Assembly: GCA_002269645.1 (NCBI GenBank)
Contig: NIVC01000557.1
Coordinates: forward strand, 186,001 to 250,000
Length of the DNA stretch: 64,000 bases
From: Macrostomum lignano
Taxonomy: Eukaryota
Direction: 5' to 3'
Shown piece after piece: positions 1-10,870 of the stretch. Numbering within the stretch: position 1 is the first letter of the stretch; every line of letters begins with the position of its first letter. The position numbers and the translations under genes are program-made. The notes beneath the pieces were generated by a model, which worked only from the letters and a program-made list of their open reading frames with translations, was not told where the DNA came from and did not search any database.

Positions 1-2
1 GG

Positions 3-533
3 CTCGCTCGCCTTTTTTGAGCTGCGGTTCCGGCGGGTTCTGGCAGTGCGGCGGAAGACTCTGCCTAATTCGGCATCCTGTATGACGCATCTGTCGGCCT
101 CTTCAAGTTTGCTGACGAGGTACGCCTTTATGGCCGCCTTTTTCGAGCTGTCTGGCTCAATCCGGTTGGCAGACTTGGCAGTATTGGTCTGACGACCAGC
201 CCAGGATGCGGTCTTGAAGTCCGCATCGGAACAGACAGCCGATATAACGAGCCGAATGGCTCGCCTGCGACTCTTCTGATTCCTTGGTGCTTGCCTCAGT
301 CCTTTCGTGGCAGCATCCAACTCGGGCAGGTCGGACCGGCGAACCAGTATTGTAGGAAATTCAGCCATCAGTGGTACACGACGGTCGCTGGACGAGGCAC
401 ATGCTGAGGTGATCGACGACGAAAAATTACTAATAGCTAAGGCTATAGACTGATTGAGAAAATCACCGCCAATACGCGCCGACCCTGAGCCGATTTGCTC
501 ACGCGCCGATCCTGAGCCGCCTGTCCGCCTCAT
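3..533 (-). CDS. Partial ORF (open to window edge) with BEN-domain-like C-terminal region
   Basis: Hand translation from ATG at 533 is stop-free to the window edge: ...RRAIRLVISAVCSDADFKTASWAGRQTNTAKSANRIEPDSSKKAAIKAYLVSKLEEADRCVIQDAELGRVFRRTARTRR. This matches the BEN pattern (helix, S-x-x-G, D-P/S-x-K-x-x-AIK-x-Y, terminal RR). It is absent from the ORF track because it has no stop in the window. Confidence 0.5.
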   Translation of the reverse strand, partial: MRRTGGSGSAREQIGSGSARIGGDFLNQSIALAISNFSSSITSACASSSDRRVPLMAEFPTILVRRSDLPELDAATKGLRQAPRNQKSRRRAIRLVISAVCSDADFKTASWAGRQTNTAKSANRIEPDSSKKAAIKAYLVSKLEEADRCVIQDAELGRVFRRTARTRRNRSSKKASE

Positions 534-650
534 CGCGGCGTCCAGGTCCAGGCGTCCAGGCGTCCAGACATTCGGCGTCCAGGTTTCAGCAACGCGAACG
601 CGTCTGCAGGTAGGCGTCTGCAGGCTCCGACCCAAGTGACGCCGCCGATT

Positions 651-1076
651 TTAACAGGTTGTTGTGCGACGCTCACTAAACAGTTGGATGTACGCAGCTA
701 AGGAGTCGTGAGTCAATGCAGAGCCCGCAAACACTGCAGCCCCATTCCTCCCTCCTGGCTGCATGGCGACCTCAACAGCACCAGCATCATCATCAGCATC
801 ATCGTCATCACAGCCACATGGATCTAGATCTTCGGCAGACATAGGTGCACCGCCCCAATAGTCGTCATCCTGGGCAAGGTCGCCATCTGGATCAACAACA
901 ATGTGCTGTACATCTTCATCATCGGAGTAGTTCGAGCCAACAGGCTCAATTGTCTTCTGCATCGTGACACCGCCAGTCTCACTGGGCGCTCGTGCATTGC
1001 TGCCCGTAGCTAAATTGCCACTGTCTTCGTCGGGATCAACGACAATAGGCTGCTCATCAGATCCAGCAGGCTCCAC
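651..1076 (-). other. Acidic low-complexity ORF, possibly upstream part or relic of the BEN-like gene
   Basis: 141-aa ORF with an internal duplication (PIVVDPDED / HIVVDPDGD). It is in the same frame as the BEN-like ORF but separated from it by a TAA at 651-653. No recognisable domain. Confidence 0.2.
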
Positions 1077-1585
1077 CGCCCCCGACTACATGTGGACACT
1101 GCAGGTCGTGTCGGCGGCACTGCTGCCGTTAGCCGCACTGCTACCTGACGCCAGCGGCTTGGTTCGAACACCAGCAGGCTCCACCGCACCCGCATACGCT
1201 TGACGACCGTTACCAGTAGCAGCAGGTTGTAACTGAAGTGTGTTCGCCAATGATTTGCGTACTCGACTAAAGCACGAGCGATGGACCGTGACTTTTTGTC
1301 CAGTCCTCGGAGTCGTTCGAGCGACTTTAAATGAAAGTTAGGGTTAAGACTCCGTTGGAGTATGGAATGCGTACAATACAGGTCTAAATGAAGACAGGGT
1401 TTTAGAACCTGCAGAACTATCTATAATACTGTAGAATGAACTGGACAGACATATATACGTGGACACGTACCTAAAGATACATCCAGACAAAAGTAGACAG
1501 ACGGACCGACAGAACTAGATGCACATCAAGATATAGGGAAGGATAGGTAGATAGGTGGACAGATGGATAATAGACAGATGATGGG

Positions 1586-1620
<35 letters not shown>

Positions 1621-1628
1621 CAGGCACT

Positions 1629-2447
<819 letters not shown>

Positions 2448-3691
2448 TGTTTCTTTTGAACGTACGGACACGCTCAGTCAGTGATTCTGATTGGCATGAA
2501 CCAGTCACTGTTTACTTATAAAATGTAGAAAATGGTCTGAACATGACCACTGGTGTGTGCCGCATAACATGTGCCGCTGAGAAGCACAGTACGCTATTCT
2601 AGCAAACCTTGCTGATATAGTTAAAGTTACAGACTAGGGCTGGGCCTTGTCTTGTGCAAGCAGTATCAAATAAAGTGTCATTCAGTGACGGCCTTCAATT
2701 CAGTGGGCCATGCACCAGTGGGCCGACCAGAGGGCTTCAGTTCAGTGGTCCGTCAATGGGCCGTCAGTGGGCCACCTGTGGGCTGATCAGTGGGCCTCTG
2801 AGAGGGCCGCACTTTGGCCGCAGTGCCAGAAAATTCTTTGGCTAAATCTTTGCAATTTATTGTCTTAACACAAGTTTGGAAGAAACGAAAAACAGACGAA
2901 TAAAAATGTAGATAAATGTTTTCAAAAAATTGGCAGCGTGGGAGGAATGTATAAATATATTTTTGGCTATGATTTTTCGAGAATCAAAAAGGCCACCATA
3001 GTCGATCGCGAACACCATGCAATTTTGATAGATTAGTCATATATAATATTTTAGAACATGCAACGTGCCATTTTAATTCAGCGAGTAAATGAAAAAAAGT
3101 TGATCAAAAATTTCCGATGCTTAACGCATGAAATTTGGTATTGGAAGGAATCGAAAAAATCAAAGTAACAATGCTTTCATTAATTTGAAGAAAAGTGAAA
3201 AAAATTACTTAGATTTCAAACCTCAAGAAACGTAAAACTTGCTGAAAAAATATTGTTTGCTTTGGACGTTAGCTTTGTTTAATATGATCTGTGTAGGGCC
3301 TAGATTGATTTCATAATAAAGACACGACTCCCTATACGTCACGAATCTATATTCACCTAACTGATCACATTCATCTAACTATGAATTTCATACATCCTAC
3401 ATGTTCATCATTCAAACTTACTCCTAGATACATATAACATCAAGCCAGAGGTCATCCACTGGTCGCATCTGAGAAACCACTTGGCTTAAGTAAACTTAAA
3501 ATCAGCCAAATAAACTCTCTTCTTTGGGGACTAGGTCATGTTACTAATAGTAGCTTATTCAAAAAATTACGAGCTCGTAGTAAAGTTTGATACTTTCAGA
3601 AGCAATTCTTTAAAAATTTCCATCTTACCATGCTGGATATTGTACTTTAGTAAAGTTTCTGCGAGTGTACGTATTTGATGCGTTCAAAAAA

Positions 3692-4589
3692 TCAAAACTT
3701 TGGAAAGAAGAGCAGCTTTAATAGTGTAGATTTGTAGCACGGTATCTGCCGGTTACCAGTCTCATTGAGAACATCTGATGTCACCTTGGGCAGTAAATGT
3801 GTGAACTCTACTGGCGAATCCGGACTGTCATCGCTGTAAGCCTCGAGAACTGAGTCTTTGAACTTTTGAATGAACACGGTACCTGTGTTACGATATCGAT
3901 CTGACATGTCAAACTCAACAACGCTGTAGATATAAAGCGAGTCCTCATTCTTACAGGAATTTCCAAGACCGTGGCAAACTGGGAGTGTTATCTCCCGAGG
4001 GACGTGACGACAGGCCTGTGTGATGAAAATCTTCGGTTTTCCTTCCAGCCATTTGTGAATTTGGATGCGCTCGAAAAGTTCGTTTAATTTGACTTCAGCT
4101 CCGTCTGACGAGTACACGGAGCCCAGGAAACCATGCGACATGATGCACAGCAAGAACGCAGTGCAATTTTTGTACTCGTCCTCCGTGAATAATATTCTCA
4201 GCTCTCTGACCTCATCGAAAAAGGCTCTGCCCACGTCTCGTAACAGATGATACTTAAAACCCAGCTTTTGCAGACTCAGGGGCAAGCAGTCGAGCTCATC
4301 GTCTCTCTCAGCCCCGACGCGTGTTTGAAGTCGTGCAGGATCGTTAAATATGATATTGTTGATCACAATGGCCAATCGATCATCTGAGTTGCCAACGTCG
4401 TATCGTTGCCTTTGAGTAGCTGTCGCCCCACCAGAAGATGCTGAGCCACCCGCAGTTCCCTGCGCAGATCCGCCAGCAGAACCTCCAGCTGAGGCGCCAA
4501 CACCACCTGCTGAGTTGTCCGGGTCCTCTGGATTTTCATGATCCAAATAGACTTGGCCTTGATTGGTTTGATTCGGCAGTTGTCTAATG
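3692..4589 (-). CDS. Terminal exon: Gly/Ser/Ala linker + caspase (peptidase C14A) p20/p10 domain
   Basis: LAIVINN..F, LQTRVGAERD, LGF, CIMSHG (His at ~4133-4135), KPKIFITQACR (Cys at ~4010-4012), p10 motifs DSLYIYS..SDR..TGTVFIQ and QIP..KSTLLKLLFF. Acceptor tttcag|C at 4590. Confidence 0.93.
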
Positions 4590-7500
4590 CTGAAAGTTTT
4601 TAAATCGTCGTAAATGTACATTCAAATAAACTTTTTTTTTGGCAAGCCTTATTTAAGCATCACAAACTCACCACTCTCGAATAAAAGCTGCACACTCCCA
4701 ATGCTTGCCCAGCTCCGCCCACTGCAGGCTTGTTCTCTTGTACTCTCCAACAACTTCCCAATCTTGTAGGCTATCGATGCGCTCACTCAGAACCTTCAAA
4801 ACCTCCTGACAGCCCTGTCGAGCGGCCCAAATAACTGGTGTATTACCAAATCGATCAGCTTGTCTGATGCTGGATCCGGAGTCAAGCAATATTTTCACCA
4901 CTTTAGCGAAGTTATTTTTCGCTGCATGCGTCAAAGCGGTGTAGCCAAGCCGATCCTGTAAAAATTGTTGTGTCTCCAGCTTGTTTGCGTATTTTAAGTG
5001 TGTAATTGCAATTTTCTCGTGAACTCACCTCGAGATTGAGATCTGCATCCATCTGTAGCAGCTCTGAAACTACTTCATCATGGCCAGAGTGAGCTGCGAG
5101 CATCAAAGGAGTCTGTCGCATGTTATCGGGCCTGTTCGTCTCAATCTGCAGTACGTTTTCGTCCAGAATTCGCCGAAACACTTTCACCGGTTGCAGGTGG
5201 CCGAGAAAGCTCGCCCAACTCAGGGCGGATCTGCCTGATACGTCGCAAATCGAGACGACTGCTGGGGCCTTTTCTAATAGCTTCTCGACTATGTCGCTTC
5301 TGTTCTTCTTGGCAGCAATTACCAGCAGCGTCTCCTTCAATGGCGGCAGCTGAATACTTAAGTCCGATGAGCTGTGAACGTGACGATTAAGATCTTCATC
5401 ACTCCAATCTTGTGGTCTCCTGTAAAATTAAAAAATGATGCTACAGAGATAATTGTAAAATGTACCTTTGATCCGTGTTACTTTTATTGAAAAAAATACT
5501 GCAGCTACGAGTACTAACCTTGTTGCAGGTTTCGTCGTGTACTCATTCAGTACAAGGTTCTTTAGCTTATTTCTTAAACGTTCAACATTATCCCAGTCTC
5601 TTGTGTCGAATGCCAGACGATTTTCGGTTAGTATAGTTTCCATTTTGGCTAGACAGAACTGTACTTGCTCCTTAGAGCTGCTGTAATGAGCGATGGTCAT
5701 GTGCTCTTCAAAGTCAGGGTACTCCTGTAATTGCGAAAACCAGGCATCAATTTCGCTGTTTGTAACTCCTAACAGCTCGGCTCTCAGGCTCCACGCGAGG
5801 CAGCAGAAGTTCACGTACAGATGAGAGCTTCCCGTCCTGGATTTTCGAATAACAAGCAGGTTTCTGGTAAATTCTGGCAGGCATGAGAAATCCGCAACTT
5901 CTGAAGGACAGGGAAGACAGAATCGCCATGCCCAATCAGTGTCCTGAAACACTTGATGCATCTTTTCAATTTGATCTGGCTTCCAGCTTCTCATCACTGT
6001 GTGGTTGTCAAGTCCTTTCAGAACTTCTTTTGCGGCTTCGAAGTCTTCAAATTTATATAGCAGCAGAATATTCAAACAAGCTGCTGTAGTCTTGCACCAA
6101 GTCAGATTTACTAGAGGTTTTAAGAGTGCCATGGCATCATCAGCCTTGTCCGAAAACTGTTCAAAGTAGCTACGAACCACATCGTACAGCTTTCCGAATG
6201 TAGAGACGCTGATATCTGGGTTTCCTTCAGTCTGCAACGGGTTCAAGGCTTGCAGTGGAACCATTGTAAATGGATGAAAATAGAAATTTTCATTCTGCAG
6301 CGGCTTCAGCTGGTGCTGCAGCCTTTTTACGACAGCTTCAGCTACGTTAGTTGTGCAAAGTCGCATGAGCTGGTCTCGAACTCTCGATTTCGTTTGCTGA
6401 AAGTCGCCACCAACACCAGCATTGGTGAAGTACAGAGGGCTGTCCGGGAGAAAAAAACTCGGCATACATATGTCCGGATCGGGATTGGAGTCGATGAACT
6501 CGAGTAGTTTGTCGAGCGACTCGTTTAAAAGCCAAATTAAGTTGTCTGGCCTCCAAATTTGTTCATCAAAACCGTGCTCATGAAGTAAGTAAAGCAGCAA
6601 TGTCTTGGCGTGGTACGTCTTGAGACCCGCTGTAGCGACTTGACCAGATACAAATATTTTGAGTACGAACTTCATGAGGATGTAAAGTTGACCTTGACAA
6701 TCAGTTAAACTCCTCATGATGGCTTTTTCCAGAAAGCTGAAACTAACCCGAAGTTCGTGGTCAGCAGTGGGTCTGGCTGCTCGAACCAGATGCAAAGGCG
6801 GTACGTTTGCTTCAAAGCAGCCACGAATAACTGTCTGCTCAGCAATCGAGTTGGAGCAGCATGGATTGGCAAAGCAGAAGCTCTCAGCCGGCTTGGAGCC
6901 GCATTCTGCAGCAGTCATAGCTGGTTCACTTCCTGGAAGAGTTTTAAAATACGCAGCGCGTCACTACATGTAGTTAGTAAAATAGAATATAAAAATTAAT
7001 TTAAGTCAGAGTCTCTCCTTCTCTGTGGCCTTACCAATGGTAGCATCCACTTGGACATAACCTTGTTTAACTTCAAATCTGGTTTTCTTCACCGCTTTGC
7101 AGCTGCATCCATTGAGTAAATGCATTGGCTCTCGAGGCCCGACAAGACATGTCCAATTCATGTCACAATCATCCGACGCTTGGCCATTTAGCTGGGTCAG
7201 ACTGGAACCCCATCCCTCAGCGAAGCTTCCTACCAAGTGAATGTATTCATTGTTCTCGTGAATTTGCCTGACGATATCCTCCATGGAGTCCGCCATTTTT
7301 TGCTGCAGTTTAGCTCTCTGCGAAGTGAATCCAGCTTCGTTCAGCAGCTTGTGAAGAGCAATGCTTTTTGAAACGTCAGCTTCCATTCTAAAATCGAGTA
7401 ATTTTTCATCCAACAAATGGACAACTATAAGGAATCTGTTAGTTACAAATAAATTAAGGGAAGCAAGCTGTGCAGTTAGGACAGATTGGGACGCAGCATT

Positions 7501-9200
7501 GACTTAAGTATCTATTCTGAAGCTCTGAAAATTGGAAATGCTTCTAGTAAATTTGAATAGCAGAACAGTCCTATCTAGAAAATTTTAGGATCTTAATTTG
7601 GCCCCCATATATAAATGTTAGCTATCTAGTGTACCGATCAATATGTGCTCGTACCTACCTATATGGCTCACTATATTAAGCCAAGCACTTACATGCATTG
7701 TTGCAGATAATAAAAATCGACTACACCTACCCTAATAGGGCATAAATGCAGCCCAGCTCAGCCGCAGCTATTGCGCGGCGCACCTGAAGGCCGTGTACCG
7801 CTGTTCAGTCAAAGGACTGGGGGTTGTCGCCACACACACCCTCAATTACCCCAGCTGACGCCTAGCGGTTAGAGCGACTAACTCACGACTAAAAGGTCGG
7901 AGGTTCGATTCTCGACCCATTCGGAACAATTTGTGTCCCTCAGCAAGACACTTAACTCTTGCATTTCTTCAGTCCACCCAGCTGTAAAAGATATTGAAGA
8001 ACAATAAACATACTTTTACCACACTTACGGCTGCTCCAACGAGAAGTAGGATGTATGCAAGACTCTGTACTTGAAGTATTCGCTGAAATATAGCATAGCT
8101 CACGGTTAAAACGCAAAGTTTTTGGAATTCTAAAATGTAACGATAATTCACCAACGCAAGTCCAATGCAATTACCCGTCAAACAGTCGCACGATTTGATA
8201 ATGTCCGAGTTTCTCGGCCAACTGTATACTGGTGAGACCATCCTTGTCTTTGTGCAGTGCATTCGCACCGTGGTCAAGCAGCACTTTTGCCGCTCTGACC
8301 TGGCCTGTCATGCAAGCCCGAGTGAGAGCCGTTCTGCCATCATCATCTGTGACGCTGTCAAGGGAGACTTCTATTTCCAGTAGGTGTTGGATTAGTCTGT
8401 GCTGGCCAGCATCTGCAGCAAGCATCAGCAAGTCGCCCAGCGGTGCTCTGTCCTCATTTTCTTCTAAACTCTTTTCCAGCAGAGCTTTCGACGTTTCTAT
8501 GAGGCCGCCTGATACGCAGCGAGCCAAAATCTTCCAGGCGTCCGATGAAGATTTAAATTTTGTACTTTTCAGAGTCGCATTTATCGCTGATTCGCCACCA
8601 GTAATCAATATTTTCTCTAGCAAGTTGAGATCAATGCTCTTAACTTTTTCAACTTCAATTCTAAAAGGTGCTGCTTGGAGAGCCATCGTAAGCTTGATAT
8701 GGTGAAAACTGCAGTTTGGCACTGACAAATCTTTTTTCAATTCAAAACGAGACGAATTGTCTGAATCCAAGGGATAAGTAAAATGTATAATTACATTTTT
8801 ATCGCTGGACTTATCGCTTGAGACGTCGAATTCGGCTAGCTTTACCATGCTTTGCGACTGCTGGGAACAAACATTGAATTCGTATCGATTGATAACTAGC
8901 CTAATATGCGACTCGAGCTTTTCTGGTAGGGAAATTTCGTGTCGCATGCATCCCATCATCACAGCAGATTTCAACAAATTTACCTTGTTACCGACGCCAT
9001 GGCCTTCTATTTCATAATTTGAAGTTTCGCGGTTACTTTCAGAGGCAGGAAAATCTGAGGGTTTCGACTTCTGTTGGTGATCGAATCCTTGCGTTGAAAA
9101 GATTTCAAAGCCCATGGTGTTGCCAAGTTTGCATACAATTGCTACGTACGAAGCATAAGTCTGATTGAGAAGTGGCGCAGGATCAGGCAGCGGTATTAAC
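3692..9200 (-). CDS. Multi-exon ankyrin - cGAS-like (Mab-21) NTase - ankyrin - caspase fusion gene (exons 9200-8175, 7387-7035, 6932-5519, 5419-5029, 4955-4672, 4589-3692)
   Basis: All five introns are GT-AG and phase-matched (2,1,2,0,2). Joined exons give 4281 nt from ATG 9115 (1426 aa plus stop). The 5' end upstream of 9200 is unresolved. Confidence 0.8.
4672..4955 (-). CDS. Ankyrin-repeat exon
   Basis: DRLGYTALTHAAKNNFAKVVKILL, DRFGNTPVIWAARQG, RTSLQWAELGKHWECAAFI. Acceptor tttacag|GAT, donor TG|GTGAGT. Confidence 0.9.
5029..5419 (-). CDS. Ankyrin-repeat exon
   Basis: ETLLVIAAKKNRSDIVEKLL, GRSALSWASFLGHLQPV, RQTPLMLAAHSGHDEVVSELL. Acceptor ttttacag|G, donor GAG|GTGAGT. Confidence 0.9.
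5519..6932 (-). CDS. Mab-21/cGAS-like receptor C-lobe plus helical extension exon
   Basis: LHLV...LRVSFSFLEKAIMRSL..CQGQLYILMK, GLKTYHAKTLLLYLL, W.PDNL..LL.ESLDKLL..I, MPSFFLPDSPL are Mab-21 family motifs. Acceptor cttccag|GA, donor AG|GTTAGT. Confidence 0.88.
7035..7387 (-). CDS. cGLR nucleotidyltransferase N-lobe exon
   Basis: IHLVGSFAEGWG...SDDCDMNW matches the hGS..EG...[DE]h[DE]h NTase signature region. Acceptor gattttag|A (alternative at 7435), donor G|GTAAGG. Confidence 0.85.
7784..7989. mobile_element. tRNA-derived SINE, internally inverted, in the intron of the cGLR-caspase gene
   Basis: A-box-like gcctagcggttagagcg, B-box-like ggttcgattc, core gtgtccctcagcaagacacttaac. Shares sequence with 11669-11865. 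Confidence 0.7.
8175..9200 (-). CDS. Exon with unassigned beta-rich domain + 3-4 ankyrin repeats
   Basis: LLMLAADAGQHRLIQHLL, DGRTALTRACMTGQVRAAKVLLDHGAN, DGLTSIQLAEKLGHYQIVRLF. Acceptor cttttag|G at 9201, donor GG|GTAATT at 8174. Confidence 0.85.
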
Positions 9201-10326
9201 CTAAAAGCAAAAATAAAATTGGATATAGCTTTGCATCTGCACAATTTTAGAGCCAAACTTAAATATGAATAGTTATTGCAATACTTTAGCATCCACGCTC
9301 ACAAAGACATGAAAATTGCACTGTAAGCGATTCTTTTACGCTCGAACTATTTCCCTTGTCGCAGTCGTCCTGGACCCTTAATTTACTCGTCGTAATAAAT
9401 ATGATAAATATGTATAATTTTCACTCACCAAAACTGTGAAAATGAGAAGTTCAAATGAGAGGCAGAGGCTGATAGTGTGCTTGGCTTTCTGTGGCCTCTG
9501 CTTGCTTCTCCGAACTATTTCTATGAGCGTATGACGGACGCTTTCCGGCCTTTACGCTCGTATATCGAGTTTTGAAAATTGACAAGTGAAGTTGCGTACA
9601 GCTAGTTTATGCTTCTATTTTAAGTACATGAGTAGAACTAGCTGCTGCTATACGAGCGTACAGCACTAAAATTCCAAGCTAACTAGCGGGCACTGTACAG
9701 CCAACAACAATGAGAAGGCAGTGGCTGTTTAAAGAAGCCATAGCAACTTGGGAGAGAGGGACAATTGCCTCTCTGGAGTCTGTTGAGACCCCCGTCGCAC
9801 TTGTCCTAGCCCCCTCTCGCTGTGTACATTTGATTCAAGTTAAATTTATTTTAGAACATATGCATATAACATATAGCTGAGGCTTTGTCCTCACTGAGTT
9901 TTGGAGAGCTGACGCCTGACTCCCTGGAGCGCTAGGAAAACGGCCCATCAGGCCATAGTGCTTTGCCAATCCTCCATTTCAATGAGAGTAAGCAGAAGGA
10001 AACGAAGGAAAGCTTCCATCAATAGTCAATTCGTTTCATCTTCTCTTACTGAATTTTTTGCTTAGTGGTTTACAGCTCTTATGTACGAGCCTATGCTTTA
10101 CTACCTTTGCGAATACAAAAAGTATTTAGACACCCTTCAAATCTCGGCATCTGTTCATCTGATTGAAGCAAAAATCTACACAAAACGGGTCATTTATGCA
10201 ACAAAATCAGAGCTAAAGATTTTTCTTTATCGGCCCAACGAGATGAAATCTGTAAACAATTTACTCGACTGAACTACTGAATCGAAAATACGATTTTTGC
10301 TATAACTTCTGGATGGTTTACGGCTA

Positions 10327-10870
10327 GTGTCAAGTCTGTGGCTTGTGTCAATCAAGTCTGTGGCTTGTGTCAAGTCTGTGGCTTGTGTCAATCAAGTCTG
10401 TGGCTTGTGTCAATCAAGTCTGTGGCTTGTGTCAATTCTGTGGATTGTGTCAATTCTGTGGCTTGTTTCAAGTCTGTGGCTTGTGTCAATTCTGTGGATT
10501 GTGTCAATTCTGTGGCTTGTGTCAATTCTGTGGCTTGTGTCAATCAAGTCTGTGGCTTGTGTCAAGTCTGTGGCTTGTGTCAAGTCTGTGGCTTGTGTCA
10601 AGTCTGTGGCTTGTGTCAAGTCTGTGGCTTGTGTCAAGTCTGTGGCTTGTGTCAAGTCTGTGGCTTGTGTCAAGTCTGTGGCTTGTGTCAAGTCTGTGGC
10701 TTGTGTCAATCAAGTCTGTGGCTTGTGTCAATCAAGTCTGTGGCTTGTGTCAATTCTGTGGCTTGTGTCAATCAAGTCTGTGGCTTGTGTCAATTCTGTG
10801 GCTTGTGTCAATCAAGTCTGTGGCTTGTGTCAAGTCAATGGATTGTGTCAAGTCAATGGATTGTGTCAGG
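10327..10870. repeat. 18-bp minisatellite (GTCAAGTCTGTGGCTTGT)n
   Basis: Direct reading, with variant units. Confidence 0.95.

Noticed and set aside
2690-2830. CAGTGGGCC motif cluster as a regulatory array
   Set aside because: It is a short degenerate repeat, probably a TE remnant, with no supporting TIR/TSD or known motif.
7858-7925. tRNA gene (also B-box-like GGTTCGATTCCC at ~48972)
   Set aside because: No complete cloverleaf or acceptor stem can be built. At 7858 the sequence continues into a SINE core shared with 11669-11865.
3692-9292. Prokaryote-style CBASS operon (separate cyclase, ankyrin and caspase-like genes)
   Set aside because: The ORFs are joined by phase-matched GT-AG introns, there are no RBS/operon features, and neighbouring genes are intron-containing metazoan genes. 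The listed ORF starts (e.g. 9292, 7416, 4621) lie in intron sequence.
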